Positions 37,889 through 45,827 of a DNA stretch of 64,000 bases are shown piece by piece. The translations under genes and the position numbers were made by a program. Positions within the stretch are counted from its first letter, which is position 1. The number at the start of each line of letters is the position of its first letter. The stretch is from an uncultured cyanobacterium (GTDB taxonomy: Bacteria; Cyanobacteriota; Cyanobacteriia; Phormidesmidales; Phormidesmidaceae), in assembly GCA_963793265.1 (NCBI GenBank), contig CAWBZI010000007.1, positions 96,001 to 160,000 of the forward strand, in the 5' to 3' direction. The notes below the pieces were generated by a model. That model was not told the origin of the DNA, made no database searches, and saw nothing but the letters and a program-made list of their open reading frames with translations.

Positions 37889-40672
37889 GTGGTAGCGCCG
37901 AATCCTAGCTTTTATACCGTGGGTGGCCCGGTGCAGGCGGGCAGTGGGGTGTATGTGCCGCGCCGGGCGGATGGCGAGCTGTTGGCGCTGTGTCGGGAGG
38001 GGACGTTTGCCTATGTGCTAACGGCGCGGCAGATGGGCAAGAGCAGCCTGATGGTGCGGACGGCGCGGCAGCTTACGGAAGAGGGCATGGCGGTGGCGAT
38101 TGTCGATCTTCAGGGATCGGGGAAGCTGGTGTCGGTAGATCAGTGGTATCTGAATTTTTTGGTGTCTTTGGAGGAGGCGCTGGAAGAGCAGGATGTGTGG
38201 CTGGACACGAATGTGCGGCGGTGGTGGAAGGAGAATAGCGATTTGGGGCCGTCGAAGCGGTTTTCGCTGTTTGTGGAGAAGGTGCTGCTGGCGGAGGTGA
38301 GTGAGCGGATTGTTGTTTTTGTCGATGAGATTGATACGACGCTGGGGCTTGCGTTTACGGACGACTTTTTTGTGGCGATTCGCTATTTTTATACGTCGCG
38401 GGCGACGAAGCCGGTGTTTGAGCGATTGTCTTTTGTGCTGATAGGGGTGGCGACGCCGGGGGATTTGATACGAGATAGGCAGCGGACGCCGTTTAATGTG
38501 GGGCGGCGGGTGGAGGTGACGGACTTTACGCCTGTGGAGGCGGAGCCTTTGGCAGCGGGGCTGGGGTTGTCTGCGCTGGCGGCGGATCAGGTGATGGGAT
38601 GGGTGTTGGATTGGACGGGAGGGCACCCGTATTTGACGCAGCAGCTTTGTCGGGCGCTGGCGGAGAAGATGGCGCAAGCTGAGCCAGGGCAGGCGGCGAG
38701 CTGGACGGCGGCGGGGGTGGCCGATGTTGTTGCGGGTACGTTTTTTGGTGAGATGCGGGAGCGGGATAATAACTTGCAGTTTGTGCAGGGGATGCTGACG
38801 GATGAGCGGCAGGATATTTATGAGGTGTTGGGGACGTATGGGCTGGTGTGGGCTGGGCGGCAGCGGGTGCAAGATGAAGAGCAGTCGCTGGTGAAGTCTC
38901 ACCTGAAGCTGTCGGGGGTGGTGCGGCGAGATGAGGATAAGGCGCTGCGGGTGAGTAACCAAATTTATGAGACTGTTTTTGATGGGGCGTGGGTAAAAGA
39001 GAATTTGCCGGTGAACTGGCGGCAGCGGATTCAGCGGTTGCAGGGGGTTATTGCTGCGAGTTTGTTGTTGTTGGGGGTGATGTCTGGGTTTACGGCTTGG
39101 GCGCTGAGGGAGCGGGCACAGGCAGCGGCCCAGAGAGATAGAGCTACGGGATTGTTGTCAGAGGTTGAAGCGCAGCGAGAGCGGGCTGACAGACAAAGAG
39201 ACATTGCTGAAAGCGAAGCACAGAATGCAATAGAAGCATTAGCTGAGGCACGTACGCAAGAGAAGAGAGCGGAAGAGAAACAACAGGAGGCTGAGGAGCA
39301 GCGAAAGCAGGCAGAAGCTGCTAAGAAAACGGCTGAAGCGCAGCGACAACAGGCAGAGACGGCTAAGCTCACTGAAGCTCAGCAGCGACAGATTGCTGAG
39401 CTTCGGCAGCAGGAAGCCGAGCAAGCACAACAGGCAGAAGTAGAAGCTAGAGAAGCGGAAGTGGTTTCTAGACAAGCTGCTGAACAAAGGAAAGTAGAGG
39501 CAGACGCTGCTACCCAACTGGCCAGAAGAGAACAACGAGTCTCCTTGGCACGGCAGCTCGCGGCCCAAGCCGATGCCTTGCGGCGCTTTCGCGGCAACAT
39601 GTTGCCTACTAGCTTATTGCTCGCAGCAGAAGCCAGTCAGCGCTTCATGCAGCTAGGAAAGCAAACGCCCATTAGTCGAGGAGAGGCCGATAATGCGCTG
39701 CGCAACTACACGCTAAAAGCACCTGAGATTGCCCGGCTCAGTCACGATGCATTTGTCAGGGCGGTGAGCTTTAGTCCTGATGGCCGCTATGTAGCTACCG
39801 CTAGCGACAACACGGCCAGAGTGTGGGATAGCCAGAGCGGTGCTGAAGTTGCCCGGCTCAGTCACGATTCAGTTGTCATGGCGGTGAGCTTTAGTCCTGA
39901 TGGCCGCTATGTAGCCACCGCTAGCGACGACGCTACGGCCAGAGTGTGGGATAGCCAGAGCGGTGCTGAAGTTGCCCGGCTCAGTCACGATTCAGTTGTC
40001 ATGGCGGTGAGCTTTAGTCCTGATGGCCGCTATGTAGCCACCGCTAGCGACGACGCTACGGCCAGAGTGTGGGATAGCCAGAGCGGTGCTGAAGTTGCCC
40101 GGCTCAGTCACGATTCAGTTGTCATGGCGGTGAGCTTTAGTCCTGATGGCCGCTATGTAGCTACCGCCAGTTACGACGCTACGGCCAGAGTGTGGGATAG
40201 CCAGAGCGGCGCTGAAGTTGCCCGGCTCAGTCACGATTCAGTTGTCATGGCGGTGAGCTTTAGTCCTGATGGCCGCTATGTAGCCACCGCTAGTGAAGAC
40301 GCTACGGCCAGAGTGTGGGATAGCCAGAGCGGTGCTGAAGTTGCCCGGCTCAATCACGATGCATCTGTCAGGGCGGTGAGCTTTAGCTCTGATGGTCGCT
40401 ATGTGGCCACCGCGAGTGGGGACGACACTGCTGAAATTCGCTACGTTTTCACTCAAGACGTGCTTACCCAAGCCTGCGATCGCCTCACCCGCAACCTCAC
40501 CCTCCGCGAATGGCAACGCTACCTTGGCGACACCGAACCCTACCGCAAAACCTGCCCCAACCTCCCCTACCCAGACGACTACGAAGCGGCTCCAGAGACA
40601 AACAACAATCTCTCATCTCTCTCCACCTGGCTCATCGCCAAAGTAAACAACCTCGTCTCCATCAGGCAATAA
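37889..40672 (+). CDS. AAA_35/STAND-like NTPase - TM helix - coiled coil - WD40 repeats
   Basis: TARQMGKSS, VFVDEID, TPFNVG, GGHPYLTQ; hydrophobic VIAASLLLLGVMSGFTAWAL; E/Q/A-rich coil; six WD40 repeats; LTRNLTLREW tail. Confidence 0.88.
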   Translation: MVAPNPSFYTVGGPVQAGSGVYVPRRADGELLALCREGTFAYVLTARQMGKSSLMVRTARQLTEEGMAVAIVDLQGSGKLVSVDQWYLNFLVSLEEALEEQDVWLDTNVRRWWKENSDLGPSKRFSLFVEKVLLAEVSERIVVFVDEIDTTLGLAFTDDFFVAIRYFYTSRATKPVFERLSFVLIGVATPGDLIRDRQRTPFNVGRRVEVTDFTPVEAEPLAAGLGLSALAADQVMGWVLDWTGGHPYLTQQLCRALAEKMAQAEPGQAASWTAAGVADVVAGTFFGEMRERDNNLQFVQGMLTDERQDIYEVLGTYGLVWAGRQRVQDEEQSLVKSHLKLSGVVRRDEDKALRVSNQIYETVFDGAWVKENLPVNWRQRIQRLQGVIAASLLLLGVMSGFTAWALRERAQAAAQRDRATGLLSEVEAQRERADRQRDIAESEAQNAIEALAEARTQEKRAEEKQQEAEEQRKQAEAAKKTAEAQRQQAETAKLTEAQQRQIAELRQQEAEQAQQAEVEAREAEVVSRQAAEQRKVEADAATQLARREQRVSLARQLAAQADALRRFRGNMLPTSLLLAAEASQRFMQLGKQTPISRGEADNALRNYTLKAPEIARLSHDAFVRAVSFSPDGRYVATASDNTARVWDSQSGAEVARLSHDSVVMAVSFSPDGRYVATASDDATARVWDSQSGAEVARLSHDSVVMAVSFSPDGRYVATASDDATARVWDSQSGAEVARLSHDSVVMAVSFSPDGRYVATASYDATARVWDSQSGAEVARLSHDSVVMAVSFSPDGRYVATASEDATARVWDSQSGAEVARLNHDASVRAVSFSSDGRYVATASGDDTAEIRYVFTQDVLTQACDRLTRNLTLREWQRYLGDTEPYRKTCPNLPYPDDYEAAPETNNNLSSLSTWLIAKVNNLVSIRQ
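39731..40445 (+). repeat. Six near-identical 123-nt WD40-coding tandem repeats
   Basis: Units start at 39731, 39851, 39974, 40097, 40220, 40343 (periods 120, 123, 123, 123, 123). Confidence 0.95.
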
Positions 40673-40772
40673 AACGAAAGAGGGCAGAGAGAAATATAAC
40701 AAAACGGTCAAAGCGACTGGAATGATAATCATAGTAAACTGTAGTTGACTTACCTATGTGGAGAGCTGTCTT

Positions 40773-40982
40773 ATGTCTGATGTAAGCTTGAGTGAAACCC
40801 AGCTAAAAAGCCTGATGAAAGCGGCAATATTAGAAATTTTTCAAGAACGGCGCGATCTCTTTCAGGATTTAGTTACTGAAGCCTTAGAAGATATTGCTTT
40901 AGTTAAAGCTATTGACGAAGGCAAAGATTCTGAGCCCGTCAGCCGTGATGCTATCTTTGCTATTCTGGAGCAGCCAGAGTGA
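40773..40982 (+). CDS. Putative antitoxin (69 aa)
   Basis: Small acidic protein (EALEDIALVKAIDEG) GTGA-coupled to a RelE-like remnant. Confidence 0.7.
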   Translation: MSDVSLSETQLKSLMKAAILEIFQERRDLFQDLVTEALEDIALVKAIDEGKDSEPVSRDAIFAILEQPE

Positions 40983-41066
40983 AAGTTGAGTTTAGAAAGA
41001 CTTTATGACACCTTACGCTTCATAAGGGTTCTACATCGCAGAGAATTCTATCGCTACTTTCCATAG
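40979..41066 (+). pseudogene. RelE/StbE-family toxin with internal deletion
   Basis: N-terminus MKVEFRK joined out of frame to C-terminus TLRFIRVLHRREFYRYFP-stop. Confidence 0.7.
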
Positions 41067-41140
41067 ATATTACAAGGCAGCACTTCATGTCTTAAGGCTC
41101 AAAGACACTCATTACCAACAGCCAACTAAACCTAACCACT

Positions 41141-41848
41141 ATGACGAAATTCGACGGTAAAACAGCACTGGTAACTGGCGGCAATCGAGGAATTGGATTC
41201 GCTATCTGTCAGGGACTGCTCAAGGCGGGCTTTAACGTGTTGTTGGCAGCGAGAAGCACTGATGAAGGAAAAGAGGCTGCACAAAAGCTCTCTGAGTATG
41301 GGACGGTGACTTTTGTTCAGCTAGACATCAGTGACGACAGCAGTATTCAAACGGCGATAGAACAGATTAAACAAAAGACGGATAGGCTGGATGCTTTGAT
41401 CAACAATGCGGGCATCTATCCCGATGAGGGGGTAGATATTTTGAGCGTTTCAAGAGAGTTGTTGATGCAGGCTATGAATACAAACACGTTTAGCCCGATC
41501 GCACTAACTCAGTCGCTGGTGCCGCTGTTGGAGAAGGCAGAAAGTCCCAGAGTCGTTAATATGTCGAGTGGTAATGGGCAGCTAGAGGGGATTTCTGAGA
41601 ATGTGCCTAGCTATTCGCTTTCTAAAATGGCGCTGAATGGAGCGACTATCTTGCTCTCTCGGGCATTGGAGCCCAAAGGGATTGCAGTGTATGCGATGTG
41701 TCCGGGGTGGGTACGGACGGATATGGGTGGGGAGAGTGCGCCGCGATCGCCCAAGGAAGGCGCAGATACGGCTATTTGGCTGGCAAGTGAAGGGACAATG
41801 GCGCAGAGTGGGAAGTTTTTTCGCGATCGCACCGAACAACCTTTCTAA
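41141..41848 (+). CDS. Short-chain dehydrogenase/reductase (carbonyl reductase-like)
   Basis: TGGNRGIG, NNAG, YSLSK, CPGWVRTDMGG. Confidence 0.93.
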   Translation: MTKFDGKTALVTGGNRGIGFAICQGLLKAGFNVLLAARSTDEGKEAAQKLSEYGTVTFVQLDISDDSSIQTAIEQIKQKTDRLDALINNAGIYPDEGVDILSVSRELLMQAMNTNTFSPIALTQSLVPLLEKAESPRVVNMSSGNGQLEGISENVPSYSLSKMALNGATILLSRALEPKGIAVYAMCPGWVRTDMGGESAPRSPKEGADTAIWLASEGTMAQSGKFFRDRTEQPF

Positions 41849-41854
41849 TAAGCT

Positions 41855-41978
41855 GTGTATGTTCTACGTGAAACGTATGAGAAGCATAGTCTCTAGAACT
41901 CTTACAGTATTCACAGCGGCTATGAGCCCGTAGCGTTACTTGTTGTCTTTGCTGCGCAGAAATATATTCTCTAGGCAT
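41855..41978 (-). pseudogene. Truncated HNH endonuclease
   Basis: RAHSRCEYC...FHVEH then similarity is lost where it meets the SDR 3' end; second CxxC/N motif missing. Confidence 0.7.
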
Positions 41979-42375
41979 GAACAGGTGGCGGCTTAATGTC
42001 GAGCTGTTCCATTAAAGTAGGCAAAGAGACTTGGCGAATTTGTGAAAGTGTAAATAAAGCCTCTAGCCGTTCTCCCTCTGCTTGCTCAATCCGCTCAATA
42101 AGCTTCACCAGTTCCTTCTGCTCAGCAGCGGTTATGGTTTCATTATGAATCTTGTCTTGCAATACGGTATGCCGCATCTCTACATCTACTGGCAAGGTGC
42201 AGTTAATTATTTTAAATAGCTCTGTTTCTTGGGTGGATAAGCTAGCTGCCTTGCGCTGGGCCACGAGTAAGCTAATTTTCTCTGCATAAGCCTCAAGCTC
42301 TGGCGTTTCTAGCTGGGCTACGCCTGCAATTAGCTGGTCGAGGTCAATCTTAGAAGTGATTTGTATAGAAGTCAT
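41971..42375 (-). CDS. Hypothetical helical protein, partner (antitoxin-like) of the HNH gene
   Basis: 134-aa ORF overlapping the HNH start; resembles proteins commonly encoded upstream of HNH genes in cyanobacteria. Confidence 0.7.
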   Translation of the reverse strand: MTSIQITSKIDLDQLIAGVAQLETPELEAYAEKISLLVAQRKAASLSTQETELFKIINCTLPVDVEMRHTVLQDKIHNETITAAEQKELVKLIERIEQAEGERLEALFTLSQIRQVSLPTLMEQLDIKPPPVHA

Positions 42376-42467
42376 AGGATCTAATTAATGACTTAGTTTA
42401 GCTGCACAGCATATTCCTACTATACGCCTAAGTTAAGTTTACTCCCGCAACTTGATCATAACGTTGT

Positions 42468-44174
42468 TTATTCAGGGAGGCGATCGCTAATCTTTCCACA
42501 AACAGCAGATATCGCAACGGTGCGTGGAGATGCCAGGTAGTTGTGAGCTGACGGATCGCCACTGCGGCCCTTGAAGTTTCGGTTTGTCGCATAAATGCCG
42601 GTTTCTTTTTCTCCTAACACGCCTCTACCGGCGTTAATACAGGCACCACAGCCCGATTTGAGCACGGTTGCACCTGCCCGTTCTAGCGTATCAAGGTAGC
42701 CTAGCGATTCTGCTTGCTGTCTGACTTCTTGAGAAGCAGGCACGACGAATAAACTGACGGCTGAATCTACGGTTTGTCCTTTTAGCGCAGCGGCAGCTTC
42801 GGCAAGATCGTACAGTTTGCCACCCGTGCAGGAGCCGATGAAGGCTTTGGTGATGGGCACTTTGTCGAGGCGATCAATGGGAACGACGCAATCGGGTTTG
42901 GGTGGGCTAGCAACTTGAGGCTTTAGCTGGCTCAGGTCAAATTGATAAGTGCGTTCGTAGATGGCGTTAGGATCGGCAGTGACTTCTGTGAAAGGCTCAG
43001 ACGTTCTCTCTTTTACATACTGTCGGGTTACGTCATCAACAAGCATAAGACCACACATAGCGCCGCACTCAATGGCCATGTTAGCTAAGGTCATGCGTTC
43101 GTCTATAGGCATTTGATTGATGACGCTGCCGGAAAACTCGATGACCTTGCCAGTAGCACCGTCTGAGCCAAGCTGCCCGAGGATAAAGAGCATCACGTCT
43201 TTAGCGCTGATGTGTGGTGAGAGCTGGCCCAAGAGTTCTATGCGTAGGGTGGCGGGGACTCGTAGCCAGAGGTCGCCCGTGGCGAATATGTTGGCCATAT
43301 CGGTGGTGCCGACGCCTGTAGAGAAGCTGCCGAATGCGCCGTATGTGCAGCTATGGGAGTCTGTGCCTGCGATAATCATACCGGGACGGATGAAGCCTTT
43401 TTCAGGGAGGAGTACGTGGCAGATGCCAGCGGCTTCTCCAGGGGAGATCACGTCGAAGAGGTGACATTTTTGCTGATGGGCAAATTCGACCATTTGCTGA
43501 TGCATTGCGATCGCACCTTCATCAGCCCGGATGTCGTTGATTTGGATGAAGTGATCGGCAACGAGGACGATCTTATCGGGGTTCCAGACGGGCGTAGTGG
43601 CTCCGAAATGCTGATGGAAGAGGTGGGCGACCGGGCCAGCGATCGCATCGTGTGACATAGCCAAATCGACCTGGGCAAAGACGACTTCTCCAGGCTGCAC
43701 GTATGGGTTGTCTGAGGCTTGCGCGAGTAGCTTTTCAGCGACGGTCATGGGGCGCTGGGCGGTGGTGCTTTTGGGTGGGGTGATGCGGCCCTGCTGGCGC
43801 TGCTGGTTGTAGGGAATCAGGCCGCCTGCTTGGGTGATGGCGTCTACTACCGGGTTTTGCTGGGTAGAGCCGATGATTTCTAAGGGCAGGCCAATGTTGA
43901 TGCTATTACGGTAGAAGATTTCGGCAAAGGATTTGGCGCGGATTTTTTGGATGCCTGCGGCTTTGATGGCGATAGGTGCGAATTCTCGGCTAGAGCCGCA
44001 GCCGAAGTTAACCCCGGCTTCGATGATGTCGTATTTGAGTAGGTTACCAGGGCCGATCAGGTGCTCGAAGGCGTAGTGGGCGAGATGATCGGGATCGGCG
44101 CTAGTGCCTCTTTGGGCGGGGATGATGTCGTCGGTGTTTATGTTGTCTCCTAGATAAAGCGGGGGCTGAGGCAT
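42468..44174 (-). CDS. Fused small+large subunit isopropylmalate isomerase/homoaconitase-family hydratase (LeuD-LeuC order)
   Basis: N-terminal DNINTDDIIP and NFGCGSSRE; then GICH, TDSHSCTYG, IGSCTGG, GCGACI, NRNFKGR. Confidence 0.9.
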   Translation of the reverse strand: MPQPPLYLGDNINTDDIIPAQRGTSADPDHLAHYAFEHLIGPGNLLKYDIIEAGVNFGCGSSREFAPIAIKAAGIQKIRAKSFAEIFYRNSINIGLPLEIIGSTQQNPVVDAITQAGGLIPYNQQRQQGRITPPKSTTAQRPMTVAEKLLAQASDNPYVQPGEVVFAQVDLAMSHDAIAGPVAHLFHQHFGATTPVWNPDKIVLVADHFIQINDIRADEGAIAMHQQMVEFAHQQKCHLFDVISPGEAAGICHVLLPEKGFIRPGMIIAGTDSHSCTYGAFGSFSTGVGTTDMANIFATGDLWLRVPATLRIELLGQLSPHISAKDVMLFILGQLGSDGATGKVIEFSGSVINQMPIDERMTLANMAIECGAMCGLMLVDDVTRQYVKERTSEPFTEVTADPNAIYERTYQFDLSQLKPQVASPPKPDCVVPIDRLDKVPITKAFIGSCTGGKLYDLAEAAAALKGQTVDSAVSLFVVPASQEVRQQAESLGYLDTLERAGATVLKSGCGACINAGRGVLGEKETGIYATNRNFKGRSGDPSAHNYLASPRTVAISAVCGKISDRLPE

Positions 44175-44236
44175 GGTGTCGGGTTGTTTGTGGGCTATAG
44201 AATTGTAGGAGAGATTGGGGAAATACCGGAAATACT

Positions 44237-45598
44237 ATGGTTGGAAGAGTGGCTGAAAGAGTGGCTGAAAGAGATATCTATGATGTGGTGATTGTGGGCG
44301 GCGGGGTGTGCGGGACAGCGCTACTTTATAGCCTGAGCTGCTATACGAATGTGGGCAAGATGGCGCTGATTGAGAAGAATGATGAGGTGGCCCTTGTTAA
44401 TTCTAGGCAGACGAGTAATAGCCAAACGCTGCATTTTGGCGATATTGAGACGAACTATAGCCTTGAGAAGGCGACAAAGGTGAATCGGGCGGCTTCGATG
44501 GTGAAGCGCTATGTGCTGGCGCATGATCCTGAGCAGGTGAGCTATACGAAGTATCACAAGATGGTGCTGGCGGTGGGTGAGGAAGAGGCGGATTTTTTAC
44601 GGGTTCGCTATGAGGATTTTAAGGGGCTGTTTCCCGATTTGAAGCTGATTAAGCGGGCGGAGATTGCTGAGGTGGAGCCGAATGTGGTGCTTGGGCGAGA
44701 TGAGGATGAGGAACTGCTGGCGCTGTCTACGCCGGATGGGTATGCGATTGACTATCAGGCGTTGGCTCAATCTTTTGTGGCGCGTTCGGTGGAGCGGATA
44801 GCGGCTGAGGAGCGATCGCTGGATTTGATGATGGGGACGAAGGTGCGGGCGATTGAGGAGCGGGGCGATCGCTACGTAATCACGATGGCGAACGGTAAGA
44901 CAATAGAGTCGCGGGTGGTGGCGGTGACGAGTGGGGCGCATAGCCTGATGTATGCAAAGGCGTTGGGCTATGGGCAGGACTATGCGCTGCTGAGTGCGGC
45001 GGGGAGTTTTTATTTTGCGCCTGCGCTATTAAAAGGGAAGGTGTATATGGTGCAGATGGCGAAGCTGCCGTTTGCGGCAATTCATGGTGACCCGGAGGTG
45101 CACGATGCGGGCAAGACGCGGTTCGGGCCGACGGCGAAGGTGTTGCCGATGTTGGAGCGGCATCGGTATGGGACGGTTTTTGAGTATTTTAAGACGGCAG
45201 GATTAAGTCTGGATGCGTTTAGGAGCTTTTTTGCGATTTTGAGCGATTGGACGATCTTGTGGTACATGATTGTCAATTTCTTTTATGATTTTCCGGTTTT
45301 GGGTCGGTTTTTGTTTGTGCGGCAGGTGAGGAAGATTGTTCCTGCTGTGCGGGTGGGGGATTTGACTTATGCGAGGGGGTATGGGGGGATTAGGCCGCAG
45401 ATTGTGAATTTGCGATCGCGTAAGTTGGAGATGGGGGAGGCGAAGATTTTGGGACGTAATATTTTGTTTAATATCACGCCTTCGCCGGGGGCGTCTACTT
45501 GTTTGAAGACGGCTGAGGATGATGCGCGGCGGGTGGTTGAGTTTTTGGGCGAGGGGGTTTGGTTTGACCAGGAAGGGTTTTCTCGGGATTTGGGATAA
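44237..45598 (+). CDS. FAD-dependent 2-hydroxyacid oxidoreductase (malate:quinone oxidoreductase / LhgO-like)
   Basis: IVGGGVCG, NSQTLHFGDIETNY, GGIRPQ, TPSPGAST. Confidence 0.8.
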   Translation: MVGRVAERVAERDIYDVVIVGGGVCGTALLYSLSCYTNVGKMALIEKNDEVALVNSRQTSNSQTLHFGDIETNYSLEKATKVNRAASMVKRYVLAHDPEQVSYTKYHKMVLAVGEEEADFLRVRYEDFKGLFPDLKLIKRAEIAEVEPNVVLGRDEDEELLALSTPDGYAIDYQALAQSFVARSVERIAAEERSLDLMMGTKVRAIEERGDRYVITMANGKTIESRVVAVTSGAHSLMYAKALGYGQDYALLSAAGSFYFAPALLKGKVYMVQMAKLPFAAIHGDPEVHDAGKTRFGPTAKVLPMLERHRYGTVFEYFKTAGLSLDAFRSFFAILSDWTILWYMIVNFFYDFPVLGRFLFVRQVRKIVPAVRVGDLTYARGYGGIRPQIVNLRSRKLEMGEAKILGRNILFNITPSPGASTCLKTAEDDARRVVEFLGEGVWFDQEGFSRDLG

Positions 45599-45827
45599 GA
45601 GGCAAAACGCAAGGCGTCAAGATTAGGGAAATACCCTTTGATGCCGAGGGACACTGGCTCGGTGCTTCTAATGCGTTTCCCCTAAACCCCTCCTCTGCTT
45701 ATTTCTTTAAACCCTGCCTGGGGGCCGAACCCTCCCCCAGACCCCCCGAATGGGTTGCTGGCTGTTTGCTGAGTGGGGTGTTGGCTTTTTTTGGTAGGAT
45801 ACACGTGCCTTTTATGAATTCGTGTGT

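Noticed and set aside
39731..40445. CRISPR array or diversity-generating retroelement repeats
   Set aside because: Contiguous in-frame 123-nt coding repeats with no unique spacers; no cas or reverse transcriptase gene; differences are not adenine-specific
44246..44273. 12-nt tandem repeat at the start of the Mqo-like gene
   Set aside because: Simple in-frame duplication (RVAE x2) with no evident function
45680..45750. C/G-run sequence upstream of ictB as a mobile element
   Set aside because: May be a degenerate intergenic repeat, but only one copy is visible and there are no terminal repeats or transposase
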